A stretch of 64,000 bases of DNA from an uncultured delta proteobacterium (GTDB taxonomy: Bacteria; Myxococcota_A; UBA9160; UBA4427), in contig CAWGJT010000012.1 in the NCBI GenBank assembly GCA_963822965.1, forward strand, positions 320,001 through 384,000, given 5' to 3'. Position numbers and translations under genes: made by a program. Positions 46,559 through 56,642 of the stretch are shown piece by piece. The first letter of the stretch is position 1. Each line of letters begins with the position of its first letter. The notes below the pieces were generated by a model, which made no database searches, was not told where the DNA came from, and worked only from the letters and a program-made list of their open reading frames with translations.

Positions 46559-46567
46559 GCGCCCGCT

Positions 46568-47158
46568 TCACGAGGCCAGCAGCTCCTCCAGGCGCTGCCG
46601 GGCGCGCTCGAAGGCGTCTCCGTCGGGACGCCGCCGACGCCGCGCCAGGCCGCCGGGCAGGAAGTAGAAGCTCTGGGCGACGAACCAGCCCCAGAGCGCG
46701 AGCGCCTGCCCGGGGAGCCCGGGGCCCGCGAGCCCGTGCCACGTGGCGAGCGCCAGCAGCAGCACGCCTCCCTCGACGACCATCGCCCGGGCGGTGCCGC
46801 GGCGGAACAGCCAGCCGCTGCGGAACACCGCCACGATGCCCGAGAGACCGGCGAAGAGGCTGGCCAAGGACCCCGCCAGCCCCCACCAGAACACCCCCGC
46901 CGCCGCAGCAGCCAGGGCCACCGCGAGCCGCCGCCGGGCGCCCGGCGGCGCCAGCACCGCCAGGTAGCCCGCCGTCGCGAGCACCACGTGCGCGGTCCGG
47001 GCACCGGCAGCACCGAGCCAGGGACCGAGGGCGAGCACCGAGAGGGGCAGGGTCGCGGCGGCCAGGGCGCCGAAGGCGAGGGTCCTGGCGAAGCCTCGGC
47101 TCGCTTCGGAGCGGGCGCCGGATCCGACCGGCAGCGCTTGCGCGAGTCGGGCGCTCAT
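46568..47158 (-). CDS. Hypothetical polytopic membrane protein
   Basis: About six hydrophobic segments; C-terminal W.F..QS.YFL...D.FE.AR..LE.LL; start overlaps the pspA-like stop. Confidence 0.75.
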   Translation of the reverse strand: MSARLAQALPVGSGARSEASRGFARTLAFGALAAATLPLSVLALGPWLGAAGARTAHVVLATAGYLAVLAPPGARRRLAVALAAAAAGVFWWGLAGSLASLFAGLSGIVAVFRSGWLFRRGTARAMVVEGGVLLLALATWHGLAGPGLPGQALALWGWFVAQSFYFLPGGLARRRRRPDGDAFERARQRLEELLAS

Positions 47159-47721
47159 ACCGCACCTCCTTCCCGGCCCGCTTCCGGGCTCGTCGCCGGT
47201 CGCACGCCCCGGCGCCTCCGCAGCAGCTCCAGCTCGATCTCTTCGTCGGCCACCCGGCGTTCCGGCGGCGGCGCGGCAGCCCGCGAAGGGCGTGCCTCGG
47301 CGAGGCGCGCCCGGACCCGCACGCGCAGGTCTTCGAGCTGCTGCTCCTGGACCTCGAGCTGCTCGGCGAGGCGCGAGCGGCTGCCCCCCACCTCGCCGAT
47401 CCGCCGCTCGAGCGCCCGGCGGGCGTCGCGGAGGGGCAGCAGCCGGCCCACCGCGAAGCGGGCGAGCTCGTCCTTCTCCCCCGAAAGCGCCAGCTCGACG
47501 TCCTCGTCGAGACGCGCTTCGCAGGCGCGCAGGCGCTCGACCTCCTCCCGCAGCCGGCGCTGCTCCTCCTCCAGCGCCTCGGCACGGGCGCGCTTGTGGG
47601 AGACCTCGATCTCCGCGTCGCGCAGGTGTTGCTTGAGGAGCAGGTCGCGCTCCTCGAGCTGTTCGAGGATGCCGTGGGCATCGGACTTCACGAGTCGGGT
47701 GACGCGTTCGATGAGCTTCAT
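47155..47721 (-). CDS. PspA/IM30 family coiled-coil protein
   Basis: MKLIERVTRLVKSD-H..L..LE....LLKQHLRD; LAL..E.DELAR. Confidence 0.8.
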   Translation of the reverse strand: MKLIERVTRLVKSDAHGILEQLEERDLLLKQHLRDAEIEVSHKRARAEALEEEQRRLREEVERLRACEARLDEDVELALSGEKDELARFAVGRLLPLRDARRALERRIGEVGGSRSRLAEQLEVQEQQLEDLRVRVRARLAEARPSRAAAPPPERRVADEEIELELLRRRRGVRPATSPEAGREGGAV

Positions 47722-47773
47722 GTCGTTCTCCGTCGTGCGGGTTCGTGATGCGTTGCGGGAATGGCGCTCCGGC

Positions 47774-49198
47774 TCACTTCTTCGCGCCCTGGCGGCGCGC
47801 GTCCTGCCCCTCGGCGGAGAGGGTCTTCGAGAGCGCGTTTCGCGCCGCCGGCGAGGCGGGCGCGGTGAACGCCCGACCCACCGCGTCCTCGAGCTTCGCG
47901 GCCGCCTGGAACGAGGCGGACGTCTCGGCCGCGACGCCCAGCGCCTCGTAGACCGGCCGGTTCTTCTCGCGGTAGCTGCGGATCTGATCTCGGGCATCGT
48001 CGAGGTGGCCGACTCGAACCGCCGCGGCGACGCTCTGCTTGAGGGCCGCGAGCTTCTCCTCGACGAGGCCCCGCTCGACGAGATCGGCGTCGAGGGCCGC
48101 GGCGAAGCGGGCCTCGTCCCGCACGCAGACCATGCGCAACGGCTCGTCGAAGCGAAGGACGTGGGGCTCCCCCTGGACGGACGCACCGGGCTCACGCCAC
48201 GTCATGCGGAAGTCGCCGAGCGCGAAGTCGCCGGGACGGTCGGTGGGCGCGCGCAGGGACAGCCAGATTCGCCGTTCCTGGCCGGCGAAGAGCGTGCCCG
48301 GCCGGAAGCGCACCAGCCGGCCCTGGCGCTCGAGGGGGTAGCCGGCCGCGTCGACCAGCTCGACCCCCGGGCCCGGCTCGATCTCCACGCTCACCGCGGA
48401 CGCGACGGTCTCCCGGGCGGCGTCGAACTCCCCGGCGAAGACGTCGCCGAGATCGCTGCCGTCGGGCACGTAGTAGAAGTTCCCCGTGCCGGCGTCCGCC
48501 AGGGCCGTCATCAGCGATTCGTCGAAGCCCTGGCCGACCCCCACGGTGGAGAGCACGTACTCGCCCGTGACTGCAGCGCGGGCGCGGCCGCACAGCCCCG
48601 CGAAGGAGTGATCGCCCTCGTTGGCGTGGCCGTCGGAGAGCAGGATGACCCGCGGCATGCGTCCGGGCCGTCGCTCGGCGGTGACGGTTCGGGCGGCGAG
48701 GTCCATGCCGATGGCCATGTTGGTGCCGCCGCCCGAGGCCACGGCGTCCGCGGTGCGGCTCCAGCGGCTGCGGTTGTCGGCGTTCGCCTCCTCGAGCGGA
48801 ATCGTCAGCTGTGCGTCCGACGCATAGGTGACCAGCGCGAAGCGGTCGCCGGCGTCGAGGCGGGCGATCAGCTCGTGCAGCGAGGCGACCGCGTCCTGCA
48901 GCGGCTTTCCCTGCATCGATCCCGAGCGGTCCAGCACCACCACCAGGTCGGTGGGGATGCGGGCGGGGCGGTCGCCCTCGGCCGGGTCCGCCGAGAGCAC
49001 CAGCTCCATCGAGACGAGTCCGTCCCCGTGCTCGAGCACGGCGCCCCGGTCGAGCTGGCCGCGGAAGTGGACGCCGCCGTGGCGCCCGGACACGGCGATG
49101 GGCCCCGGGTCCGAGGGGCCCCTGCCCGCCTTCGCCACCGCCCAGCCGCCGGCCAGGGTGAGCGCCAGCAGGGCGAGGCCGAGCGCCACGCGGGACAT
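47774..49198 (-). CDS. Exported VWA-domain protein (start uncertain)
   Basis: Signal/TM segment; MIDAS DRSGSM, GGTNM, LLSDGHAN, TVGVG..FDE. Confidence 0.88.
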   Translation of the reverse strand: MSRVALGLALLALTLAGGWAVAKAGRGPSDPGPIAVSGRHGGVHFRGQLDRGAVLEHGDGLVSMELVLSADPAEGDRPARIPTDLVVVLDRSGSMQGKPLQDAVASLHELIARLDAGDRFALVTYASDAQLTIPLEEANADNRSRWSRTADAVASGGGTNMAIGMDLAARTVTAERRPGRMPRVILLSDGHANEGDHSFAGLCGRARAAVTGEYVLSTVGVGQGFDESLMTALADAGTGNFYYVPDGSDLGDVFAGEFDAARETVASAVSVEIEPGPGVELVDAAGYPLERQGRLVRFRPGTLFAGQERRIWLSLRAPTDRPGDFALGDFRMTWREPGASVQGEPHVLRFDEPLRMVCVRDEARFAAALDADLVERGLVEEKLAALKQSVAAAVRVGHLDDARDQIRSYREKNRPVYEALGVAAETSASFQAAAKLEDAVGRAFTAPASPAARNALSKTLSAEGQDARRQGAKK

Positions 49199-49376
49199 GC
49201 CCGCTGCGGGCACCTCGGCGTCGGGGGGACGGGTCGCTTGGATTCGTGATGACGCTCGTCGTGCAGATCCATGGAGGCCTCCGTTACAGCGCCGCTGCGC
49301 TGCGGCTCCCGCCCCGGGCCGATCCCGAAGCGTGTCGAACGGTCCCCGTGGATACGGCAGCGGTTTCGCGCCTTCC

Positions 49377-49424
49377 GTCAAAGCCCGGTAAACACGCAAC
49401 CCTTCGATTTACGTTCGATTTACG
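49377..49424. promoter_or_regulatory. OmpR/CpxR-type direct-repeat boxes in the divergent intergenic region
   Basis: Perfect tandem TTCGATTTACG x2 (49403-49424; minus strand GTAAA-N6-GTAAA) and oppositely oriented GTCAA-N6-GTAAA (49377-49392). Confidence 0.65.
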
Positions 49425-49457
49425 GCGGGCTTCCGAGGGAGCTCCTAGACTCGCGCC

Positions 49458-50180
49458 GTGGCGAACGACTCGAAGATCGCCGTGCTCGTCGTCGAGGACG
49501 AAGAGCCGATCCGCACCGGGCTGTGCGACGTCCTGTCCTATCACGGCTACGCGGTGGAAGGGGCCGAGCGGGGAGACGAAGGGCTGGCATGCGCACGCAG
49601 CGGCGCCCACGCGCTCGTCCTGCTCGACGTCATGCTGCCGGGACTCTCCGGCTTCGACGTCTGCCGGCAGCTGCGCGCGACGGGCAGCGGCGTTCCCGTG
49701 CTGATGCTCACCGCACGAGGCGCCGAGGAGGACGTGCTGCGCGGCTTCCGCTGCGGTGCCGACGACTACGTCGTGAAGCCCTTCTCGGTGGCGGAGCTGA
49801 TGGCCCGGGTCGAGGCCCTGCTGCGGCGCACCGGCGCCCTCGCGCCGGCGCCGGCCGCGGAGCCGTGCTTCGTCTTCGGCAGCTGGCAGGTCGACGGGGC
49901 CGCGCTCTGCGCGCGTCCGGTGGATGCGGACGAGGCTCCGGGCCCGGCCGTCGACCTCACGCCCCGGGACGTGGAGATCCTGGCGCTGCTCGTGCGGGAG
50001 CGCGGCCGCATCGTGAGCCGACGCGCCCTGCTGGCCGAGGTGTGGGGCTACGCGAATCCCGAGCGGGTCGAGACGCGCAGCGTCGACATGCACATCGCCA
50101 AGCTCCGCAGGAAGCTCGGTGCCGGAGCGACGGCGTGGATCGAGACCGTCCGCGGCGCGGGCTACCGCCACCCCGCATGA
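49458..50180 (+). CDS. OmpR-family response regulator
   Basis: LVVEDE, LLDVMLP, MLTA, GADDYVVKPF, TRSVDMHIAKLR, ETVRGAGY. Confidence 0.95.
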   Translation: MANDSKIAVLVVEDEEPIRTGLCDVLSYHGYAVEGAERGDEGLACARSGAHALVLLDVMLPGLSGFDVCRQLRATGSGVPVLMLTARGAEEDVLRGFRCGADDYVVKPFSVAELMARVEALLRRTGALAPAPAAEPCFVFGSWQVDGAALCARPVDADEAPGPAVDLTPRDVEILALLVRERGRIVSRRALLAEVWGYANPERVETRSVDMHIAKLRRKLGAGATAWIETVRGAGYRHPA

Positions 50181-52153
50181 GGCGCCTCACCGCCGCGCTG
50201 GTGCTCCTCGGGCTGCTGGTGGCGCTGCCCGTGGCCTTCCTGGTGGCTCGCGCGCTCGAGAGCGCCGACATCGAGGAGGCCAACCGCCACCGGGCGATCG
50301 CCGAGCGCGCGTTCGACGAGATGGAGGAGAGCCTGTCCCGCCTGCTGGCCGAGGAGGAGGCGCGCCCGTTCGACGCATATCGCTTCTACTCACGCATCGA
50401 CCGCGCCGAGAGCGGCCGCGCGACCGCGGTGACGCGCTCGCCCCTGGCGGACGCCCCCGCGCACGACTTCATCATCGGCTACTTCCAGATCGATCCGGAC
50501 GGCAGCCTGCACACGCCGCGGATTCCACGCGATCTCGCGCTCGCCCGCGAGCACGGCGACCTGCCGCCGCTCGAGCCATTCCACGAGCTCGAGCAGACGC
50601 TGCGCGAGGCGTGGGCCGATCGACGCCCGCCGCCGGGCCGGGCGTCGAACCATCTCGCCGCGACCGACGCCCCGGGAGCGGAGGCCGGCAAGTCCGAAGG
50701 CCTGGCCGAGCGCCTGCTCGGGTCCCTGCCGCTCCCGACGGCCCCGACGGCGACCGTTCGAGCCCCGGTCCAGGAGAGCGCGCCCGGCAGCTACGACGAG
50801 GTGTACCGAAGCTTCAACCGCGCTCCCGAACGCCGCGCCGAGCGCAAGCAGAAGGTCACGAGCGTCCCGGCACCCCAGGCTGCGTCGCTTCCGTCGGCAC
50901 GACAGCAGCTGCGCGACGATGCCTCGTCGGCCCTCCGCTCGAAGCCCGAGGCCGGCATCGCGCGGCGGCCGTTCTCCGCGATCGCGAGCGCGGCGCCCGC
51001 GCCGGAGCCCGCCCCCGCCGCCTCCCCCGGTACCGTGCGCGTCGCCCTCGATCCCATGGTCGGCCGCGAGACCGGAGACGGACACCTGCTCCTCTACCGC
51101 ACGGTCCTGGTGGGCCAGCAGGGCTACCGGCAGGGCCTGCTGATCGACTGGCGCCGTCTCGGCGCCTGGCTCGAGGCGCAGGTGATCGCTCCGAGCGCGC
51201 TGCGGGACGCGCGCGTGGCGTTCCGCGGCGCGGACCCGGCCGCCCCGCCTCCCTCGCCCGCCTCGGGCTACGCGTTCGCCCATCGCTTCGCGGAGCCCTT
51301 CGACGCCTTCGGGGTCGAGCTGGGTCTGCCCCATCTCCCGGGCGGCCGCGGCAGCGGCACGATCCACGCGCTCGCCGTGCTGCTGGCGGTGGTGACCGCG
51401 GGCGGCCTCTTCGCCGTCTATCGCATGGCGGCGGTGGTGGTCCAGTTCGCGGATCGGCGCAGCCACTTCGTGGCGGCGGTCTCGCACGAGCTGAAGACCC
51501 CGCTCACGGCCATCCGCATGTACGGCGAGATGCTGCGCGACGGCCTGGTGACCAACGACACCAAGCGGGACGAGTACTACCGCACGATCACCGACGAGTC
51601 CGAGCGACTGTCGCGGCTGATCGACAACGTGCTCGACTACTCCCGGCTCGAGAAGGGCGAGTACGAGGCGGTGCCATGCCCCGTGGAGCCGGTGCCCGTG
51701 GTCCGTGCCGCCGTCGAGAAGCTGCGGCCCCACGCGCTGCAGGCCGGCTTCACGCTCGAGCTCGACGCCGACCGGCGCACTCCCCGGGTCGCCTTCGACC
51801 GGGACGTGCTCACCCAGGTGGTCTTCAATCTCGTCGACAACGCGATCAAGTACGCGAGGGACGCCGCCTTGCGGACGATCGTGGTGGCGTGCCGCGCCCT
51901 CGACGACACGAGACACGTGGAGGTGTCGGTTCGCGACCACGGCCCCGGCGTGCCCGCTCGGGACCTGGGTCGCATCTTCGAGCCCTTCTATCGGCGGGGC
52001 GACGAGCTCACGCGCACCACGAAGGGGACGGGCATCGGGCTCGCGCTGGTGAAGGACCTCGTCGAGTCCCTGGGCGGCACCGTCTCGGCCGCCGACGCGC
52101 CGGGAGGCGGCCTGCGCGTGGCCGTGCGCCTGCCGATCGCCCCTCCGGAGTGA
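50177..52153 (+). CDS. Membrane sensor histidine kinase
   Basis: Two TM helices; VSHELKTPLTAIRMY, NLVDNAIKY, DHGPG, GTGIGL. Confidence 0.93.
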   Translation: MRRLTAALVLLGLLVALPVAFLVARALESADIEEANRHRAIAERAFDEMEESLSRLLAEEEARPFDAYRFYSRIDRAESGRATAVTRSPLADAPAHDFIIGYFQIDPDGSLHTPRIPRDLALAREHGDLPPLEPFHELEQTLREAWADRRPPPGRASNHLAATDAPGAEAGKSEGLAERLLGSLPLPTAPTATVRAPVQESAPGSYDEVYRSFNRAPERRAERKQKVTSVPAPQAASLPSARQQLRDDASSALRSKPEAGIARRPFSAIASAAPAPEPAPAASPGTVRVALDPMVGRETGDGHLLLYRTVLVGQQGYRQGLLIDWRRLGAWLEAQVIAPSALRDARVAFRGADPAAPPPSPASGYAFAHRFAEPFDAFGVELGLPHLPGGRGSGTIHALAVLLAVVTAGGLFAVYRMAAVVVQFADRRSHFVAAVSHELKTPLTAIRMYGEMLRDGLVTNDTKRDEYYRTITDESERLSRLIDNVLDYSRLEKGEYEAVPCPVEPVPVVRAAVEKLRPHALQAGFTLELDADRRTPRVAFDRDVLTQVVFNLVDNAIKYARDAALRTIVVACRALDDTRHVEVSVRDHGPGVPARDLGRIFEPFYRRGDELTRTTKGTGIGLALVKDLVESLGGTVSAADAPGGGLRVAVRLPIAPPE

Positions 52154-52186
52154 GGCCCGACCGGGCCCCTCGGCGGTGGGCGTTCC

Positions 52187-53245
52187 TCAGCAGCGGGCGC
52201 CGCGGCCGGCGCCCGAATCCAACGCGAGGGCCGCATCCGCGGCCGCCAGCAGGAAGACCGGGTCGGGACACGCTTCGTGCTCGCGCAGGCAGGCCTCGGC
52301 CATCTTGATGGCGTGCTCCTGCAGCGAGCAGGCCGCGCGGTAGCGGATCTCCGCCGGGTCGCGGGCCAGGCGCTCGACCTCGGCGGACGGCGCGCCCGGC
52401 GTGCCATCCGCCGACGAGACCGCATGCAGGGCCAGCGCCGCCTGCAGCCCGTAGCCCACCGCCCGAACGACGTCGTCCGGATCGAGATGGGGCGCCAGCA
52501 GCCGCAACGCGCTGGGCGCGGTCACGCAGTGCACGTAGGCGATGCGGGCCTGGGGGTTCTGCAGGTAGAGGCGCGCGCCGATGCGACACAGGGCATGCAC
52601 GGCCCCCGAGGCGTCGGGCTCGCCGGCGAACGCCTCCACCGCGACGGCGAACGCCGGCAGCTCGTCGAGCACGCGCACGGCGTCGAAGAAGAAGCCGGGC
52701 CGGCGCAGGCCGGGCGGCACGCTGGGCGCGTGGGCAAAACGATCCTCGACGCCCTGCCCCGCCACGCCGTGCAGCCCCGGGCGTCCCGGCAGGCGTTGGT
52801 GGCGCCCTGCCCAGTAGGCGAGACCGTGTGCCAGCTCGCGGCACCGGACGGGCGTCTCCTCCTCTTCCAGCCCTCGAACCGCGTGAGCGGTTCGCAGCAG
52901 GCCGTGGGTCGCCCCGGCGAAGAGTCCGTCGAGCAGCGGCGGCACCCACTCCCGCAGCACGGCCCGCCAGGGCCCTTCCCGCACGGCCATCTCCGCGGTC
53001 GCCACCCAGTCCGGCAAGCGTGCGGGATCGCCCCGGGCCGCTTCCCGCCCGGCCGCCGCGATCGGCTCCCCCACCGCCAGGGGTGGAAGGCGTGGCGCGT
53101 AGACGTCGATCAGCCCCTCGACGAGCGCAGCGTGCCCCAGCCGGACGAGGGCCTCCGCGGCCATGGGACCGTGGTTGGCGAGACCACCCGCGTACTCGAG
53201 AGCGGTCTTCTGGAAGCGCTCGAGGGCGTCGTCGAGATCGGGCAT
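52187..53245 (-). CDS. Questin oxidase family protein (DUF4243)
   Basis: GLANHGPMAAEAL, ATHGLLRTAHA, ELAHGLAYWA, VHCVTA, EHAIK. Confidence 0.75.
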   Translation of the reverse strand: MPDLDDALERFQKTALEYAGGLANHGPMAAEALVRLGHAALVEGLIDVYAPRLPPLAVGEPIAAAGREAARGDPARLPDWVATAEMAVREGPWRAVLREWVPPLLDGLFAGATHGLLRTAHAVRGLEEEETPVRCRELAHGLAYWAGRHQRLPGRPGLHGVAGQGVEDRFAHAPSVPPGLRRPGFFFDAVRVLDELPAFAVAVEAFAGEPDASGAVHALCRIGARLYLQNPQARIAYVHCVTAPSALRLLAPHLDPDDVVRAVGYGLQAALALHAVSSADGTPGAPSAEVERLARDPAEIRYRAACSLQEHAIKMAEACLREHEACPDPVFLLAAADAALALDSGAGRGARC

Positions 53246-53443
53246 CGCGGAGGGAATCCTGTCGCTGTGCGGGCATGCGCTACAGTCGCAGTCCACCCGG
53301 CTCGCGTCCAGCGAGCGATCCCGCCCGATGCCAACGGTGTCCCGGAGAGAGCCGCGGGAGCCTGCTTCCAGCGGGACGAGGCCGGCCGGAGCGGACGCAA
53401 GAGACCCGGTCGGGCGCCACGAACAGGCAGGAAGGGCTCCAGC

Positions 53444-54541
53444 ATGGCTGCATCCATCTCCGAACAGCAGATCCTCGAAGCGCTCCGGCCCATCGTCGAT
53501 CCCGACTTCAACAAGAGCATCGTCGAGCTGGGATTCGTGAAGAACGTCCGGATCGACGGCGGCAGGGTCGCCTTCGACATCGAGCTGACCACCCCCGCCT
53601 GCCCGGTCAAGGCCGAGTTCGAGCGTGCCGCCCGGGAGCGCGTGCAGGCCCTGGAAGGCGTCGGCGAGGTGTCGGTGAACATGACGTCCCAGACGCGCTC
53701 CAGCGTGCCCGCGAGCGCGGAGGCCGTGCTGCCCGGCGTGCGCAACACCATCGCCGTAGCCTCGGGCAAGGGAGGCGTCGGCAAGAGCACCACCGCCATC
53801 AATCTGGCCCTGTCGCTGCGCGCCCGGGGTGCCAAGGTCGGCGTGCTCGACGCGGACGTCTACGGGCCCTCCCTGCCGCTGCTGACCGGCGTCTTCGAGC
53901 GCCCCACGGCGCAGAACAAGCGCATCTATCCCCTCGAGGCCTACGGGCTCGAGCTGATGTCCATGGGCTTCTTCCTCACCGACGAGTCACCGGTCATCTG
54001 GCGGGGACCGATGGTGCACGGGCTGATCAAGCAGTTCCTGACGGACGTGGAATGGGGCGAGCTCGACTACCTGGTGATCGACCTGCCGCCGGGGACCGGG
54101 GATGCGGCGCTCACCCTGACCCAGATGGCCCCGCTCTCGGGCGCCGTGATCGTCACCACCTCCAACGATCTCTCGCTCGTGGACGCGCGCAAGGGACTGC
54201 GCATGTTCGAGAAGGTGGAGGTGCCGGTGCTCGGCGTGATCGAGAACATGTCCTACTTCACGCCGCCCGAGCTGCCGGACAAGAAGTACTACCTCTTCGG
54301 TCAGGGAGGCGGCAAGCGCATCGCCGACGAGCTCGGCGTCGACTTCCTGGGCGAGGTTCCCATCGATCCGCGCGTGGTGGAAGGCGGCGACAAGGGGCGC
54401 CCGATCGTCATCCACGCTCCCGATTCCCACACCGCCGAGGCGTTCCGGAACCTCGCCGCCGTGATCGCGCGCAAGCTCGCCGTGCTGGCCACGAAGAAGT
54501 CGCCGGTAGCCGACGCGAACATCACCTGGGTGCAGAGCTGA
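53444..54541 (+). CDS. apbC: Mrp/NBP35 (ApbC) Fe-S cluster carrier ATPase
   Basis: LTTPACP, SGKGGVGKST, DADVYGPS, IWRGPM, DLPPGTGD, IENMS. Confidence 0.95.
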   Translation: MAASISEQQILEALRPIVDPDFNKSIVELGFVKNVRIDGGRVAFDIELTTPACPVKAEFERAARERVQALEGVGEVSVNMTSQTRSSVPASAEAVLPGVRNTIAVASGKGGVGKSTTAINLALSLRARGAKVGVLDADVYGPSLPLLTGVFERPTAQNKRIYPLEAYGLELMSMGFFLTDESPVIWRGPMVHGLIKQFLTDVEWGELDYLVIDLPPGTGDAALTLTQMAPLSGAVIVTTSNDLSLVDARKGLRMFEKVEVPVLGVIENMSYFTPPELPDKKYYLFGQGGGKRIADELGVDFLGEVPIDPRVVEGGDKGRPIVIHAPDSHTAEAFRNLAAVIARKLAVLATKKSPVADANITWVQS

Positions 54542-54607
54542 CGACCGTCTGCGGTCCGACCGGGAGACGTCGGGCCGCACCACGAACGAATCCAGGGGAT
54601 TCGTCCG

Positions 54608-55366
54608 CTATCGATCCGAACCGTGCAGCAGATGGCGGTAGAGCACCGGGGCCGGCCCGACGGGACCCAGGAGGATCCGCTTGCGGTACTCCTCGTAGCC
54701 GAAGCGATCCAGCTTGGTGCGCGGGTCCGGCGCGAAGAACGAGTCGGGCAGCGCCGGGTTGTAGAGCCAGTTCACGTAGTCGATCCGTCCGGTGCGCGCG
54801 CTCTCGCGGTCGTAGGTCTCCACGCGCAGGGGCACCGGCGGATTCGTCGTCGACACCCAGATCGTCCGGCGTCCGTCGTCGTTGGTGAGGCGGTAGACAT
54901 CGACGCTCTGCCCCCGGGACTGCTCGGTCCCGACGAGCTCGCCGCCGTTGGCGAGCAGCTGCTGGAGCTCGTTCGCGAAGGGACGCTCGCGCTTCGCGTC
55001 GAGATCGCGCGCCGCTTGGCTGCGCTCGATGGCGATGCCGTTGCCCGCGGTGTCGTCGATGACGTAGTAGGTGGTGCGATCGACGATCGTCACGAGGCGA
55101 CGTCCGGCGATTACCGCCTCGGATCGGAAGAGCGGCCCCTTCGACCAGAAGTGCACCATCAGGAACCCGCCGCGCTCGTCCTCGGCGACGGTCGCCGCGT
55201 ACCAGCTCGAGACGCGCTTCCTCGAGGCGGCGGGCGCCGGGGCGGCCTTCTCCCCCGCAGCCGCCGCGGCGGGCTTCGGCGGCTGCGGATCGGCGGCCCG
55301 CGCCGGCGCGGCCCACAGGGCCAGCAGACAGGACGCCGCACAGAGGGCAGGGAGGGCGTTCTTCAC
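54608..55366 (-). CDS. Exported protein, LolA-like fold candidate
   Basis: Signal peptide ending ARA; IWV....PLRVE...N..LPDSFF pattern of LolA-like sorting proteins. Confidence 0.55.
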   Translation of the reverse strand: MKNALPALCAASCLLALWAAPARAADPQPPKPAAAAAGEKAAPAPAASRKRVSSWYAATVAEDERGGFLMVHFWSKGPLFRSEAVIAGRRLVTIVDRTTYYVIDDTAGNGIAIERSQAARDLDAKRERPFANELQQLLANGGELVGTEQSRGQSVDVYRLTNDDGRRTIWVSTTNPPVPLRVETYDRESARTGRIDYVNWLYNPALPDSFFAPDPRTKLDRFGYEEYRKRILLGPVGPAPVLYRHLLHGSDR

Positions 55367-56616
55367 GGCGGGCTTCCCTTCGTCTCCGGAACGGCCACGC
55401 GCGCCGCCGGCGGCAGCAGGCTCGAAATCGCGCGACCCTCCATCCATGCCGGAACGCGCGCCCCGAGGAGCGCCAGCACGGTGGGGGCCACGTCCAGGTT
55501 GGAGACCACCCCCAGCCGCGAGCCGGGAACCGCGCCGCGACCGAACGCCACCAGGATCGCGGCCATCTCCGGCACGTCGGGCGGGTATCCGTGGAAGCCC
55601 ACCAGGTCGAGGCCCTCGTGGACCACGGCGACGCCCCGCGGCGCCACCACCACCACCGGTCCGAAGCGGGGGTTGTGGACGCCCAGGGAATCCGGCGCCT
55701 GCTCGCGTCGCCAGGCGGACAGGCCCTGGGCGCGGGCCACCCGGACGGCCTCGTCGGCCGCCCCGTCGTCGACGAGAACGCTCACGAAGCCGCCGATCCC
55801 CACCACCCGCGCCTCGACGCCGGCCTTCCGGAGCGCCGCGCCGAGATCGACCCGACGCTCGGGCACCAGCATGCCGTGGTCCGAGACCACGAGCAGCGTG
55901 GTGGACTTCCACAGATCGCGGGTCGCGATGCCGTGCACCAGAGCCTGGAGGGCCTCGCTCTGCGCTCGCAGGGATCGCACCACCGCCTGCGAGTCCGGTC
56001 CCTCGTGGTGACCCGCATGGTCCGCGCCGTGGAACCAGGTGGTGACGAGCCGGGGTCGCTCGGACTCCGGGAGGTCGAGCCAGGCCAGGATCTGCTGGAC
56101 CTTCTCCGCCTCGCCGGTCTCGCTCGAGAAGGGCTTCCAGTAGCGAGGGGCCTCGCCCCCCGGCCACGCGCCCTCGGAGCCCACCCAGTAGTAGGAGGCG
56201 GACGCGATCCCCTGGCGTGCCAGCAGGGACCAGATGGGCTCCACCTCGATCCAGGTGGGGATCTCCTTCTTCTCGAAGAGCCCGCGCTTCGGATCGACGA
56301 AGGTGTTGTCGACGATGCCGTGGCGCTCGGGCGCGACGCCGGTCACCAGAGTGACGTGATTCGGGAAGGTATTCGTGGGAAACGCCGGCACCAGCCGCTC
56401 GGCGCTCGCGCCGCGCGCCGCCAGGTAGACCAGCGCCGGCAGGCGCTCCTTCGTCAGGTCGGCGGGCCGGGTGCCGTCCATCGAGATCAGGATGACCGTG
56501 GTCGGCGGCGACCCACCGGGCGCGGGAGCTGCCGCCGGAACGTCGGCCGCGGGCGCTGCGGCCCACGCGAGGCACACGCCGGCAATGGCGGCGGTCAGGA
56601 GCGGGATGCGCCTCAT
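55363..56616 (-). CDS. Ectonucleotide pyrophosphatase/phosphodiesterase (alkaline phosphatase superfamily)
   Basis: ILISMDG, FPTNTFPNH, DHAGH, SDHGM, GFHGY. Confidence 0.92.
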   Translation of the reverse strand: MRRIPLLTAAIAGVCLAWAAAPAADVPAAAPAPGGSPPTTVILISMDGTRPADLTKERLPALVYLAARGASAERLVPAFPTNTFPNHVTLVTGVAPERHGIVDNTFVDPKRGLFEKKEIPTWIEVEPIWSLLARQGIASASYYWVGSEGAWPGGEAPRYWKPFSSETGEAEKVQQILAWLDLPESERPRLVTTWFHGADHAGHHEGPDSQAVVRSLRAQSEALQALVHGIATRDLWKSTTLLVVSDHGMLVPERRVDLGAALRKAGVEARVVGIGGFVSVLVDDGAADEAVRVARAQGLSAWRREQAPDSLGVHNPRFGPVVVVAPRGVAVVHEGLDLVGFHGYPPDVPEMAAILVAFGRGAVPGSRLGVVSNLDVAPTVLALLGARVPAWMEGRAISSLLPPAARVAVPETKGSPP

Positions 56617-56642
56617 GGGGGCGGATCTTACCATCCAGCGTC

